Origin: Eledone cirrhosa
Lineage: Eukaryota
Reading direction: 5' to 3'
Assembly (NCBI GenBank): GCA_964016885.1
Contig: CAXHJY010000152.1
Location: 62,001-126,000 of the forward strand
Length of the DNA stretch: 64,000 nucleotides
Below the pieces are notes generated by a model that was given only the letters and a program-made list of their open reading frames with translations, searched no databases and was not told the origin of the DNA. Shown piece after piece: positions 50,217 to 64,000 of the stretch (position 1 is its first letter; each line of letters begins with the position of its first letter). Position numbers and translations under genes: made by a program.

Positions 50217-52949
50217 ACATACATACATGTTGGCCGGTAGATGAATTGAAGCCACAAGTTTGTGAACCGCACACCCAAACCACTAGGCCATGTACCTTTG
50301 TGTGTGCAGTTCACGATAAACTTGTGGCTTCAATTCATCGACCGGGCAGCATGTTTTCTTAATGCTTCATTTCACATTGCTTTTCATGGTAGGACTGGAG
50401 CTCCTATCATCCATAAAACCTCCTTGAAGATGCAACCTCAAAAGAAGCCAGCTAAACCTGCATAGGTGTGAGCTGTAAATTTCATTTTATCTAGTTTATC
50501 TGACCTCCTATGAGGTTGTACCTTATAGGTTCCTTGGGTGTTTTAATGATGAAGTGGGGGTGGGGGGTAGACATCATGAAAAGCAACATGAAATGAAGTG
50601 TGGCTCAACAACACATGCTGCCCAATCCAAGAATTGAACCAGCAGCTTCCTTATCGTGAGCTAAACACTGTAACCACAAGGCCACACACCTTCAGTTACT
50701 CTAAGCTTAGAACTCGAACTAATAAATTTGAAAAATAATAACAAAAAAAATGTAGGAAAAAAGATTTAAAAAAAGCATATTCCATAGATCATCAAATATT
50801 GTGAATAGGTATCAGAAGAAATTTTCCTTAAAGAAAAAACAAAACTACAAAAGAATTGTCAGTTTGCCAATATTAGCTTCTGTGTGTCCTATATATTTTC
50901 AAGTTCACCTATTTTGTGATAGTTACCATTCTCTTCGTTTATGTATTTTATATATTCTGATAAATCAATATTGGATTGATTCTTCATTTCTATGCTTAAC
51001 CTTTTCCTTACCATATTTCTAATGAATGACACTACCTATGATTTTCATATCACTTTGAAAATAACCCAGAATTTGGAGAGATTTAGTAATATAACTAACT
51101 TTCTCATTATTAAACTGGTGTTTGGATTATAACTTAATTCTTAACATTCTGCAATGACAACACATTAACTAGATATTCTTGAAAAGTATAAAACAGTGAA
51201 CTCTGTGGCTGCATCACATTGAAAGGAAAAATCTTTACCCTAACAATGCAAATTTTCATGATTTACCCACTATAAATATTTCAATTCAGAAACTCATTTC
51301 TAAAATATTTTCTGCAAAATCATTACAGGATGTTAAGAGTTAAGTTGTTACATAGAATGCAATGTTTTTAGATAAATATAAACATTAACCCTTTTATTAT
51401 TGTATTTCTAATGAAAAACACCTTTTGTTTTTTTAAATAATTTAAAAAATAATCAAAAATTGGGAAAGATTTAATAATATAACTAATTTTCTTATGAAGC
51501 TGGTGACTGGAAAATAAAGGTTCTGGCATAAAATTATGATAGAGGGTTTTTAGATAAATATAAACACTTTAAAACAAACAGCAACTGTATCATAGAACCA
51601 AGGGTAGTTTCAAATAAGTTGGTATCCAAAGAGTTAACAGTTTCCTTCAGTAAAACCTTGGAAATATTGTTGCAGCTCACACATGCTGCATCTCATAAGA
51701 GATTTCTTGAGTATTTTAATGATAGGAGAAATCGTACTCCTTGTTAACTCTGACAATTGGTTCCTTTCCTTTGTTAACTTCATATCTTATATTTCTTTAG
51801 CTTTAGCAGAGTTTATATGAAACATGATTGAGGTATGTTACAATTGTATTAAGAAAGTCAGTGCAATGCAATTTAAAAATAATTGTTTCTACTTTTGGCA
51901 CAAGGCCAGCAATTACCCAGTGCATTACTGGTACTTTATTTTATCAACCCCGTAAGGATGAAAGGCAAAGTTAACCTCGGCGGGATTTGAACTCAGAATG
52001 GCAAGGGCCGTAACTATGCATCAAAGCATGCAATTTTTAAATAATGAAGCTGAAGCCTTGCACTTTTACTAAATTCTGACCAGTGCAATGTAAGAAATAA
52101 CAGAGCCAATGACCCTAACCACTATGCTACACATTTCACTAAACTTCAGGCAATAACCAGAGCAACATAAGAAATAATGGAGCTGATGACCCTAACCACT
52201 ATGCCACACACCTTCACTAAACTTCAGGCAATAACCAGAGCAACATAAGAAATAATGGAGTTGAATGACCCTAACCACTATGCCACACACCTACACTAAA
52301 CTTCTGACAATAAGCAATGTTATTTCACTGATTTCCTGAGTAGACGACATCTACTCCACTTGGTTACTGTTTTCTGGTTACTTACAATAGGCAGCATCTA
52401 TAGTTGAGAAGTTGGAGTGGAGAGCTTTCTCAACAGAACAGCCTCTGCTTGCGTCAATCACAAGATATAAATAATTCTTATGTAGACAGGATGTAAACTT
52501 CTTAGAGAAAGAGCAAGGGGGAGGGAGTGGGATAGTAATCAGTAAGTGTTCATACCTTTTTTCTCAAGGACATTAGTGACATAAGAAATGGCACTGATAA
52601 GGAATTGAAACTAAAATACATTTCTGAACCCACTTCACTGAAACCTTTTAATCACAATACTGTGTCTTTCACTCATATGACCTTTCTGGAATTGTCCCTG
52701 GTTCTGTGATGCAAAGCTGTTTATTTTAAAGTGTTTATACTAACCATTTTCATATCAAACTGCCCCTTGTTCTATGATACAGTACTGCATGTTTTAAAGT
52801 GTTTATACCTTCCATCATAATTCTTTAAGAACCTTTTGTTAAGTAATGCTCCAAACATCAGCTTACCCTTTTTGATAGGGACCTAGCCAAAACCAAATAA
52901 ACAAAATTTTATAAAATTTTATTGAAATTTACACAATAATGAAGATTAT

Positions 52950-53390
52950 ATTTACCGAGATCTTTGGCGCTACACAGTAATAGAAAAGACCCGCCTTTAA
53001 GTGCAAAGTGAAACCTACTACAGTCAGTAGGCACCTCTAACAAAATACACCCCTGTCCCACTACCCCCACCCCATCCACACCACCCCTTTCAATGTAAAG
53101 TTATGTTGGTACCACAACATCCAGCCCGAAACAAATGAGGTCGTGTAGGTGTCACGACAAAAAAAAAAACACAGTCCACGCTGTAATGTGGCCGTGTAGG
53201 TAACACGGTAAAAACCTCCCAGTTCCACACTGTAAATGTGGTTGGTGTTAGGAAGGGCATCCAGCTGTAGAAAACCCGCCAGACAGTCCTATGCGAGCAA
53301 GACAACCACTCTTGCCTCAAGTGGGAAAACACCCGTCCAAACCCATGCGAGCGTGGAATATGGACGTTAAACGAAGATGATGATGATGAA
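52950..53390 (+). mobile_element. 5'-truncated copy of the RTE LINE (essentially the 3' UTR)
   Basis: Colinear with 42208-42663; (GAT)n tail. A minus-strand copy lies at ~63170-63430. Confidence 0.9.
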
Positions 53391-54396
53391 GGTGCCAAAT
53401 TTGCAAGACTAGTTATAGTTTATTGAATTGGTTCCTGTACATAGCTGACTCATATTTCTTGGTACTTAAGGAGAGATAAAGGGCAAATTAAGTCCAGAGA
53501 AATTTAACACTTGCTAACAAACTGACCCTGGTTGTATGATACAAAACTGCCCATTATAACCCTTTTGATACCTACCAGACCAAAACCACACATTTTAAAG
53601 GGTTCCAATTTAAATTAAAATCTTCCAACAATTTTATATAAGAACCATATGTTAAGTTAATATCTTCATAATGAAATAAATAATATTAGTATATACATCA
53701 AAATTCTTCATTAATTAAAATAGAGTGTATTTCATAAGAAATCAGTCATGAAAAGGTTAATTAGTTATTAATTTTATGTAAAAATTTGATTCTTTAAGTA
53801 ATTCTCCAAACACCATCTTAACCTTTTTGATATCATACTGCCTGAAACTGACTGGTTCTGTGGAACAAATCTGCCTATTCTAAAGTGTTTTCATCCTCAT
53901 TATCATCATCACCGTATTACATCTATTTTCCACACTAGCGTAAGTTAGACGAGTTGTCCTGTTGTGAGCAATGCTAGGTCAGGTGACCATGTCTTGCTCA
54001 TACAAAACTGATTTTGGCTTGGTTTCTACAGCTGGATGCCCTTCCTAAAGCCAACCCCATTTACAGCGAGTACTGGGTGTTTTTTGTCTTGACACCTACA
54101 CGACCACTTTACAGTCTGGGCTGGGTGCTTTTTGTTGTGACACCTACATTTAATATAAGTATAATTTTATATGAAAAAATAAAATTTACAGCTCAAACTT
54201 ATGCAGGTTTAGCTGGGCTCCTATGCGATGCAATCTCAAAGGTTTCAAATGTTTTATATATACTATATAGTAAGTATAACACGCTAGTTGAAACAAAGAA
54301 CTGCAATGAGTTATCAAACTAACTAAATACTAAAGTAATACTGCAGACAGTCAATATTGGTTGATACCATTGCTTTTTTTTGTTTGTTATACTACA

Positions 54397-54784
<388 letters not shown>

Positions 54785-55200
54785 AAAGAGGGAGAGAAGG
54801 GTGTGTATGAAAACAAATACATATACATTTATATACAATAAACATATGAGGGAGGGCCTTGCCAATTAGATGTAATTGGACCCTCATCAGAAAACATGTA
54901 TATCATCCAATCAACCACAAGGAAACCTGCACTTGATGGGTATATATACCCATTTGCTCTTAGTATTATTCTGAAATGGACGTACTAATTTACATATAAT
55001 TAATGCTCATGGTAATTAAGATATATATTAAGAAGTGTACTAACAGCCGAAGTGTATGATAAAGTTATATCTATAAATACAAAGTGTGTAACCGAGACTG
55101 CATCAATGTGTATAAATATAGTTTCCTTGTGGGTGATTGGATTAAAGTCCAATTTGATGCTCTAACAATTCTGACAAACCTCTGCCTTGGATTAGTACCT

Positions 55201-55721
55201 CAGAGTGGATGGAAAGAAACTGCCTATTTAAAATTGTTAATAACTTTATTAATTATTGGTTGATTTTCTTAAAACATATTTATTTTGAACAGTATAATGG
55301 TAGAGGTACAGTACAGTTAAAATTCTACATAGACACCAGCATTGTCTACCAGTGTTTATAATCGTCTAGATATATCCTCAACTGACATTAGAAACTCAGG
55401 CGGTATGTTAGTTAGTACATGACAGATGTGTTCCTTCAATTGAGTCAGTTTTTGAACTATAAACTTCTTCCTTCACCTATCCCAACAGGTAAAAAAATAA
55501 ATAAAATAAAAATATTGCATGCCGTTAAGTCAGGGCTTCTTGCTCGCCATTGATGTGGACCCAGCTAACATCTTGGAAATTAGAAATCAAGCCACTCATG
55601 GACAGTGCATGCAAAATGAGGAGGGGCCTCATCTTGCATGAATGAGGTGATGATGTCACAAGTGGTTACAATAGGCCAAAAGTTATAATTTTTAATGGGG
55701 AGTTTCTTTCCACCCACTCTG
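55201..55721 (+). mobile_element. Non-autonomous Tc1/mariner-like element
   Basis: Imperfect TIRs cagagtggatggaaagaaactgcc and ggggagtttctttccacccactctg|ta; about 520 bp, no intact ORF. Confidence 0.65.
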
Positions 55722-56099
55722 TATATTTATCAACTCTGAAAGAATGAAAAGCAAAGTTGACTGGTGGATTTGAACACAAAGTGCAAAGACCCAGAATCAA
55801 TACTGCAAAACATTTTCCTAGACTGCCAATTCACCACTACCAACCCACCCCAAAGTGCCTCTAGTTTTATGAAACAGTTCCTATTAAATTAAAATCTTCC
55901 AGTATGATTTGATATAAAAACCTTTTGTTATGTTTCAAATATTTTAATAATGGAATATTAATGAAACTAGCACAAAAACCACCCTTCTGGCAGTTTTCTG
56001 CTAGCATATGTAGTGTGCATATTGGTATTATACGCAAATATATATGCATATAGATATATGTAAATTGAAAAGTAAATTGACAATATCTTCTTCGCTCAC

Positions 56100-56750
56100 T
56101 TATTTCTGAGAGGGTCGTGGGGGCAGAGTACTTCTCAAACACTCCTTCCAGAGAGTCTGTCAGTAGCAAACATCTCTAACTGATCCAGCTGGATCCCAAA
56201 GCGTGACCAGCCAAGCTCATGGATGTTATCCAACTATCTTGCTCAGGGTCTACTTCTGGGTCTCTTGCTGGTTGGTTTTGCCTGGAAAATATGTCCAGCG
56301 ATTCTTTACTGAGACATTCTAACCACATGCTCATAATATCGGAGTTATGATCACTCAATTCGGAGAGGTAGCGGTTCTACCAGGAGTGACACTCAGGTCT
56401 CTGAGTTATGCACTTTATCGAGTAATGTTACTCCAAAGACCCTTCGGAGGAATCCTATTTCTGCCACTTATTTGCAATTGTATTTTTTTGGTCATTACTC
56501 AAGATTCATGATGCTCGGTAAGAGTTGGCAGGAATACCAGGAAGACAGCGAATTTGGCTTTTACACCTACCCCCTTCTTCTGATTGCTGAGGCTGGTGCA
56601 TTACTGCATCAGCTTTTGCAATTCTTGCACTTAATTCAGCCTCCTGCATTCCATCACTCATGAACACGGCTCCAAGATACTTGAACTTCTTTAACTGCTT
56701 CAGTAGAACTCCATTCACATGTATATACATTTGAGGGACTTCTGTCCACC
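56100..56750 (-). mobile_element. Decayed RTE-like LINE fragment (second family)
   Basis: IHVNGVLLKQLKKFKYLGAVFMSDG..E.ELSARIAKA; downstream part is homologous to 5100-5510. Confidence 0.8.
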
Positions 56751-56899
56751 CATCCATCACGCAGTGCGTATGTGTGTTTGTGTGAATGTATGTGTGTGTA
56801 AAAGGAAGGAAAGGGACACACACATGTCTAACTTAAAAACAGTGACACACACACACACGCGTCTCTAATTTAAGAACGCCGACATACACACACTGTCCT

Positions 56900-57595
56900 A
56901 TGACCACTCAAGAGCTTTGGCCCGGGCAAACAGCCCCTCAATTTTGGAACCGTCTGGGTTGTCCTGAATTGATGGGAAAAGACTTGACGGTCTTACTCTG
57001 TGCTCCTGGTCAAGAGGCAGGTGCCTTACCTGGGACGTGACAGTTAGTGACTCTTTTGCTTCTTCCCACATTCTGGATGCAGCGGTAAGGGCGAGAGCTA
57101 CAGCATCTGCAGCTGAACGGAACAAAATCCTAAAATACTGTGTTCTGTCAGTTAACTACATTATCCAGCCTGTGCCATTCGAGACGTTTGGGGGAGTCAG
57201 GCTACTGATAGTGAGATTCTTATCTTCACTAGCGGCTCGTCAAACAGAGGTAACTGGTGATGCTTGTGAGGGCACTTGGTTGTTCCAGCACCTCAGCCTC
57301 GCCATCACCCCAGGTAACGCTGCAAGCGTGCTGGCTTGCTTCAAAAATTATTAGAGAGGTTTCCCAGTGCTCCTCGCTATATTACTATCTTTTGCTCTAG
57401 TAGCAGCTCATTTTTTTCCACTCTTTCGCCTGCATATTGTTCTGTGGCCTAAGATGTGTGTATTACCTGTTTGTGTATTTTTTCTTTCTTTTTTTCCTTT
57501 CCCTTTCCTTTGTATATATTATATTTGTTAGTGTTTTTGTTCTGTAACCATTATATTAAATGAGTTTAAAAAAAAGAGTTAATAAATAAATAAAA
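56900..57595 (+). mobile_element. 5'-truncated non-LTR retrotransposon with restriction-like endonuclease (CRE-clade-like)
   Basis: [38 protein letters not shown]...AERNKILKY...PVPFETFG...LFQHLSLAITPGNAASVL matches the RLE pattern KRPDG..W..G..L.WD..K..KY..ET.G..QRGNA. A-rich tail near 57568-57595. Confidence 0.75.
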
Positions 57596-59123
57596 CAAAC
57601 TTGTTTTACCCTCCCATTTCCAATTCACTGAACACTGCTATCATGACTGTATGTGTGTTTGTGTAAACATATGTGTGAATGTATGTATGTTTGTGAGAAA
57701 GTATGTGTATTTGTGTGAATTATGTCCATGAGCGTGTATTTTTATAAGTTTGTGTTTGCGCGATTATAGTTATATACTCATACATATAGATGTATGTGCA
57801 CACTCATACATGTCAGCGTGTAGAAAATCATAATCTCTATCGCTCTCTCTTTCTATATATATGGTAGTTGAAGTGGCGACGATATACCGGAAGTGCAACT
57901 TTGAAGTCAATTTAAAATTATTTTTACGAAATTATTTTTGTTTACGAAATTTAGTACATAAATTATGTAATATTCATTCATTATTTATTCAAAGTAATCC
58001 AACATATTTTACTAACTGGATTAAAAGAAATAAACCGTACGCAGTCCCGCAGTCCTTACTTTATTATAGTTTAGATATAATACCATCTCATTAAAAAAAT
58101 ACTGTACATACTTGAATATAAGCATACACTCCCATTTTATGTCCGAGAAATTGGTAAAAATCCAAATCCCGTTTATAAGTCAAGGCAGCTAATCAACACA
58201 TTTAGATGGCATTGTTTTGAAATTCTCATGAGTGGAGTAAATATTTATAAAGTTTTAATATTTTGATATCTAAAATGTTTTAAGTGTCATTTAGAGTATA
58301 ATTAGAAGAAAAAAGCACGAGGAAATTCTAAATTAATATAATATAAAGAAATCGAGATATATTTTTAGTTTAAAGAATTTTTTTTTTTAAATGTCTTTAA
58401 CTGTTATGGGGGTCATTAAAAACTCTAGGGGGATATCGAAATGAATAGGGAATAGTTGAAAGAGATCAACTAAGAGAACACTGTATAAGGATTCAGAGTA
58501 GAAGGGAGAGGAAGAAACAGCAAGCGAGAGAGAGGAGAGAGTGAGAGAAACAAAAGATTGAAAGAAAATGTATAAGACACAAAGAAAAATAGTCAGTGTG
58601 TGAATGTGTATGTGTGCACATGTGTATGCATGTGTGTGTGTAAGGGATATTTATGTATTAAAAGGTACAAATAATAAAAATTTGTGGGAATATTCTCAAG
58701 GCAATGCATAAAAACTTATGACGATATAATAATTATAGGAAAACAATGTTTCATTGTGAAATAACCACTCCAGATATACTTTATTTATGTCGAAATTGAA
58801 GTTGGTGAAAATCGTCAAAATATTGACCTTGAATATAAGTTGACCCATTTTACCAATTTTTTGGTCACATATTCCTTGGTTTATATTCAAGTATATATGA
58901 TAATAGTTTTAGTAAATCTGTCCATATCTCTAATGATATATTTTGTAAAGTGGTTGATGTTAGGAAGGGCATCTAGCTATATAAACCATGCTAAAACAGG
59001 AACATATATAAGCAAGATGTGACCCCCCCAAATCCATCTAAAAGGGCAATAGTTCAGATAAAATACTGACTTGATTTGTGACGACCCATCCAATTTATAC
59101 CAGTATGGAAAAACAGATAAAGA

Positions 59124-59173
<50 letters not shown>

Positions 59174-59174
59174 G

Positions 59175-60197
59175 GTCGCGGATAAAAAGCTATATCATTT
59201 ATCTACTGTTTCTTCATAAATATATTTTAAACTTATAGCCTTGTTTTAAATGATTTTTTGTGTGGTTGATTTATGCTGATTGGGAGAAGAAATACTGTAT
59301 ATATTTTATCTGATGATTCTATGGACTTACTTTATATATATATATACTTCTCTTTTGTCCACTCATTCCTGAGAGGGTCATGGGGCAGAGTCCTCAAACA
59401 CTCTTTCCAGCAGGTCCTGTCAGAAGCAACTGTCTCCAACTGATCCAGCTGGATCCCTAAGCAAGATCAGCCAAGCTCATTATGTTATCCAACCATTTTG
59501 CTTGGGGTCTAACTCTGGGTCTCCTGCTGGTTGGTTTTGCCCATAAAATCTATCCAGCAATTCTTCCCGAGACATTCTAACCACATTCCTATAAACCAGA
59601 GCTGTGATCTCAATTTAGAGAAGCCTCGGCTTTACCTGGAGTGAATCTCTGATCTACATACTATCAAGTAACATTACTTCAAAGACTCTTCAGAGGAAAC
59701 CCATTTCAGCCACTTGTATTCACAATTGTATTCTTTCGGTCATTCTGGTTAGTTGGCTTCCTACAAGGCTGCAACTCATGTTTCTTGGATGTTTAAATGA
59801 TAGGGATCCCAGTCCTATCATGAGAAGCAACATGAAATGAAGTGTTTGCTGAAGGACATAACATGCCACCCAGTCAAGGAATCATAACCATGACATTGTG
59901 ATCGTGAGTTGAACACTAACCACATGACCAAGTGTCTTCAAATCAACTGTTGAAGCTGTATTATCATTGAGTTACACATAACTGGATGTTGACGTAAGAA
60001 CAACACAATGATAAGATTACTATATTTATACTGAGTTAGGAAAATTAGGTGACCACCACTAATGTCAACAATATGGTGGTTTAATACCAAAAAAACAGGT
60101 TTTATAAGTTGATATAATAGCCTCCTTACAGCTAACCATACACAAATTCTTCCTGTTATTCATTTTATTAAAAGTCACAAGACATAATAAAGAGGCC
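59175..60197 (-). repeat. Right arm of the long-range inverted duplication (partner 4669-6029), lacking the SINE
   Basis: Reverse complement of 4669-5530 plus 5861-6029, joined through a single (TA)n tract at ~59333-59346. Confidence 0.95.
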
Positions 60198-60535
60198 TCA
60201 ACAAGAGAGTCAGTAACCAGCAATACACCAGGCCTCAACAGGAGAGTCAGTAACCACAATACAGCAGGTCCCAACAAGACAGCCAGTAAACAGTAATACA
60301 CAAGAGTCAGTAAATAACCAATAATACACCAGGCCCTAACATGACAGTCAGTAACCAGCAGGTCCCAACAAGACAAGTAAACAACAACACACCAAACCCC
60401 AACAGCCAATAACCAGCAATACACCAGACCCGGACAACACAGCCAGTAACCAGCAGTACAGCAGGCCCTGACAAGATAACTATTAAACAGCAATACACAA
60501 GGCTCCAACAGGACAGCCAGTCACAAGCAACCACT
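60194..60535. repeat. Degenerate ~37-bp minisatellite
   Basis: Recurrent ggcctcaaca(a/g)gagagtcagtaaccagcaatacacca units. Confidence 0.7.
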
Positions 60536-63130
60536 TCACTTGTGAGGAGTTACAAAATAAAATCTGAGACATTGCCCGTAAAATCAGAAAACATCTGACA
60601 GAGGATTTATAAGAATTATAATCAATCAGGAAAATATAATAAAGGAAGAGATCTCCATAGGACATGTTTGAAGATGGAAACTACTGGAGTAGAAACTCTC
60701 CTGAGAAGAGGAGACAACCACAATGAAAGAGTGAGAATTAGTAGAAAGTGAACCTTACCTCTTGTGATACCAACCCACCTGAAGTTACTTACAAAATGGT
60801 TTCTTTTAAATTAAATCTTTATAGCATTCTTACTTAAATTAAAATTTTATAGCATAATTTTAAATTTCAAACCATGTTAATGATGTTTAAAATTTAGTAA
60901 TATTACTAAATCTCTTAAAATTCTTGATAATTTTCAAAGTAATTTTAAAACCATAGGCAGTGTCTTTATAAGAAATATGGTAACAAAAGGGTTAAATACT
61001 TTACAGCCAAATAGAAACTAAATTGATTTGACTTAATGTCATGACACACGTAATACTGACCCTTAGAATATAAAAATTCTTACATAAAATTATAATTGTT
61101 TCTCCTTTTGGCACAAGGCCAGCAATTACCCAGTGCATTACTGGTACTTTATTTTATCGACCCCATAAGGATGAAAGGCAAAGTAAACCTCAGCGGGATT
61201 TGAACTCAGATCATAAAGGTACGTAACTCTTTGCTGCAAAGCATGGCATCCGACCCTCTACCGATACTGCCAATCCAAAATTATAATGGAAGGCTTTCAG
61301 ATAAATCTAAACATTTCAAAATAAAAGCTTCGTATCAGTTTCATGTATCAACAGAAAAAAAAAAAATAAATAAAATTAAGGCACAGCCATGGATGTTAAT
61401 GAATTCATTTTGTAACCTTGTGGTTCTGAGTCCAGTCCTAATGTGTGGCACTTGGACAAGTGTCTTCTACTGTGGCCATGAGTTGTGAGTGAAATTTGGT
61501 GGACAGAAAATACAGAAGCTTGTGTCTCTCTCTCTACGGGAGAGAGAGAAAGAGAGAGCTAGATATGAGGTGATAGTGTAATAGTTCACTATTTTCATTG
61601 GTAAGATGAGTTAAGCTCAATGCACATTTTCATCCTTCATTCTTCAGGAGTGAATAGTTATAGTAGCAGAGCATTTACAATTCAAAATTCAATTAGACCA
61701 AGGATTACTATTATTATTTATTTATACAAGCGTGGTGGATTGGCAGTATTGGTAGAGCATTGGGCAATGTGCTTTGCAGCATAGACTTACGGCCCTTTAT
61801 GTTCTGAGTTCAAATCCCACTGAGGTTAGCTTTGCCTTTCATCCTTATGGGGTCGATAAAATAAAGCACCAGTAATGCACTGGGGTCGATTTACCAACTT
61901 TTCCACCTCACCCCCACCCCCACCCCAAAATGAATAATATAAAATTGTTTAACTCTTTTCAATTCATATTGGCCACATTTCAAGTCTCTTCAGTACCAGT
62001 GTCTTCTCAGTGCACCACTGCCTCTCCCCAGCGTCATACTTTCTCTTCAGTGCAGGTGACTGTCTAGTGCCATACTGTCTTCCTAGTTCCACAACTCTGG
62101 GTCTCTCCAATGTCACAATGTGTCTACTCAGTGTTGCAATGTGTTTCCCCAGTACCACAACTCATTGGTCTCTCTAGTGTCAAAAATTACAGCTAACAGA
62201 ATGTAAACATTTTAACTACATCAAAATGATTAAAATATAGAACTGAAATCTTATGCTTCACCTTTCATACATTGGTAACAAGAACAATTAACCTTTTGTA
62301 TATCAACATGTCTCAAACCACCTCTGAAACTAACAAAACCTCTCATTTATCATATCTATCATCATCACCACAATTTAACACCCATGATCTATACTAGCTT
62401 AGGTTAGAAGAGTTGTCCCATTGTGAGATATGTCCGATCAGATGAATGTGTCTTGCTCATACAGTACTGTTTCTGGCTTTGTTTCTACAGCCGGATGTCC
62501 TTCCTAATTTTATGTGAAAATATTTGTTACGCTATGCTCCAAACATCAGCTTAATAATGCAAAAGTTAGTTTATTACTAGATCCATCCAAATTCTTGATT
62601 ATTTTTTTAATTAACTAAAACCAAGAGCTATGTATTTCATCAGAAATATGGTCACAAAAGAGTTGAATCTAGTTACCATCACGACCATTGACAGATCCTT
62701 TCAAATGAACATGAAAAGATCTCCAAAAATCAAAAGATATACTTATCTTTTAACTCAAACTAGCAGAATGGCTTGGCATTGCTCGGGATTTGCTCTAGGG
62801 TTCTTATAAATTTGATATATGTTTACCCTTATCAAGCTTTGTGAAATAAATACGTTTGTTTATATTTTGTTATTGTATGCAAAAATATCTGTACATGAAT
62901 ATATAATTATATATAATTCGGGCTGTTTCTTTGTTTACAAACAAACCGAGCATTATAATAAATGTTCGGTAAACCGATACGTGCATATATATATGTGTGC
63001 ATGTATGTATATATATATACATACTACTGTACGTCTGTATACATATATGTATGTACGTATACATACATACTTACATTTAAGTAACTGCCGTACTAAGAGT
63101 GAGAAATGAAATTTCATTTCATTCTATTCA

Positions 63131-63172
<42 letters not shown>

Positions 63173-63771
63173 TCATCAACGTTTAACGTCCCTGTTCCAC
63201 GCTTGCATGGGTTTGGACGGGGGTTTTCCCACTTGAGGCAAGAGTGATTGTCTTGCTCGCATAGGACTGTCTGGCAGGTTTTCTACAGTTGGATGCCCTT
63301 CCTAACACCAACCACATTTACAGTGTGGGTCTGGGAGGTTTTTACCGTGTTGCCTACACGGCCACATTACAGCGTGGACTGTGTGTTTTTTTGTCGTGAC
63401 ACCTACACGATCTCATTTGTTTCGGCCTGGATGATATATATATATATATATAATTAAAATAACAGATTAAAGTTTAAGCAAAGAATCGCTGCTTTCACTC
63501 TTAACGGGATCTTCTGAAACTAAAAGAAAATCAATCTGTGAACACAGAAGTAAATATTTCGAAAAACGTTACACACTATACAACACACACCGCGTCATGT
63601 CGTAATGCAGACAGCCAGACATACAGATAGATAGATATTTATAAGGGCGCAACGTTATATCTATGTATCTATCTAAAAAGAGAAAGACTAAGAATTATAG
63701 AGAGAGATCGCTAAATCGCCTAATGCAGTTGAAATTTTATTTGCTCAAAACACTCACAGGACCATAAGTAT

Positions 63772-64000
63772 TACATATGTAAAGTTTGAAAACAATTGGT
63801 TGGGTAGTTCTCGAGTTTTAGTGAGCTGACAGACAAACAGACATTCTCTGTTTTAGATATATAGACTAGCAGAAAATCACTCAGGGGGCGGTTTTCTGCT
63901 AGTCTATATATCTAAAACAGAGAATGTCTGTCTGTCTGTCTGTCAGCTCACTAAAACTTGAGAACCATCCAACCGATTGTTTTCAAACTTTAGACATGTA
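63772..64000. mobile_element. Two divergent Helitron-like 5' ends forming a palindrome, running off the right edge
   Basis: Both arms read ttttctgCTAG|TCtatatatctaaaacagagaatgtctgt..gtctgtcagctcactaaaact. The palindrome is certain; the Helitron call rests on TC/CTAG termini only. Confidence 0.55.

Noticed and set aside
52385-52500. Minus-strand open stretch ending at a gtaagt donor in phase 1, as a candidate upstream ZNRF exon
   Set aside because: The translation (..VIDASRGCSVEKALHSNFSTIDAAY) does not resemble ZNRF N-termini, and there is no clear acceptor or start codon.
57880-57900. ETS-like ccggaagtg motif as a promoter
   Set aside because: A single short motif with no adjacent exon or CpG island; expected by chance.

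Overview
Eukaryotic, AT-rich and very repeat-dense genomic DNA. The SINE, RTE-LINE and (TA)n landscape looks like a coleoid cephalopod, probably Octopus; this is inferred and was not verified by search. The only host gene I can support is missed by the ORF track. It is three small minus-strand coding exons (42853-42948, 33899-34004, 19204-19261) with canonical GT-AG junctions. They splice in frame to give the C-terminal zinc finger plus RING-H2 region of a ZNRF1/ZNRF2-type E3 ubiquitin ligase, ending RSCPEHPSD*. I could not find its first exon, which probably lies beyond 64000. The rest is intronic or intergenic: three long satellites (48, 32/36 and 34 bp units), a full-length DD37D (maT-type) Tc1/mariner pseudo-element, a decayed near-full-length RTE LINE and truncated relatives, two tRNA-derived SINE families, TTAA-flanked piggyBac-like MITEs, and Penelope-like, CRE-like and Helitron-like relics. 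All long ORFs in the track other than the TE fragments are repeat artefacts. Most worth follow-up: (1) a ~1 kb, roughly 99% identical inverted duplication 53 kb apart that brackets the ZNRF exons and gives a filled/empty SINE site; (2) a tandemly duplicated splice acceptor before the RING exon that would yield a RING-less or NMD isoform; (3) a satellite carrying consensus 5' splice sites on the sense strand; (4) a 68-bp TTAA-to-TTAA duplication around a MITE; (5) many long fold-back hairpins. I did not find a convincing novel multi-gene system. Exon coordinates were counted base by base; repeat boundaries are approximate and identities were estimated by eye.
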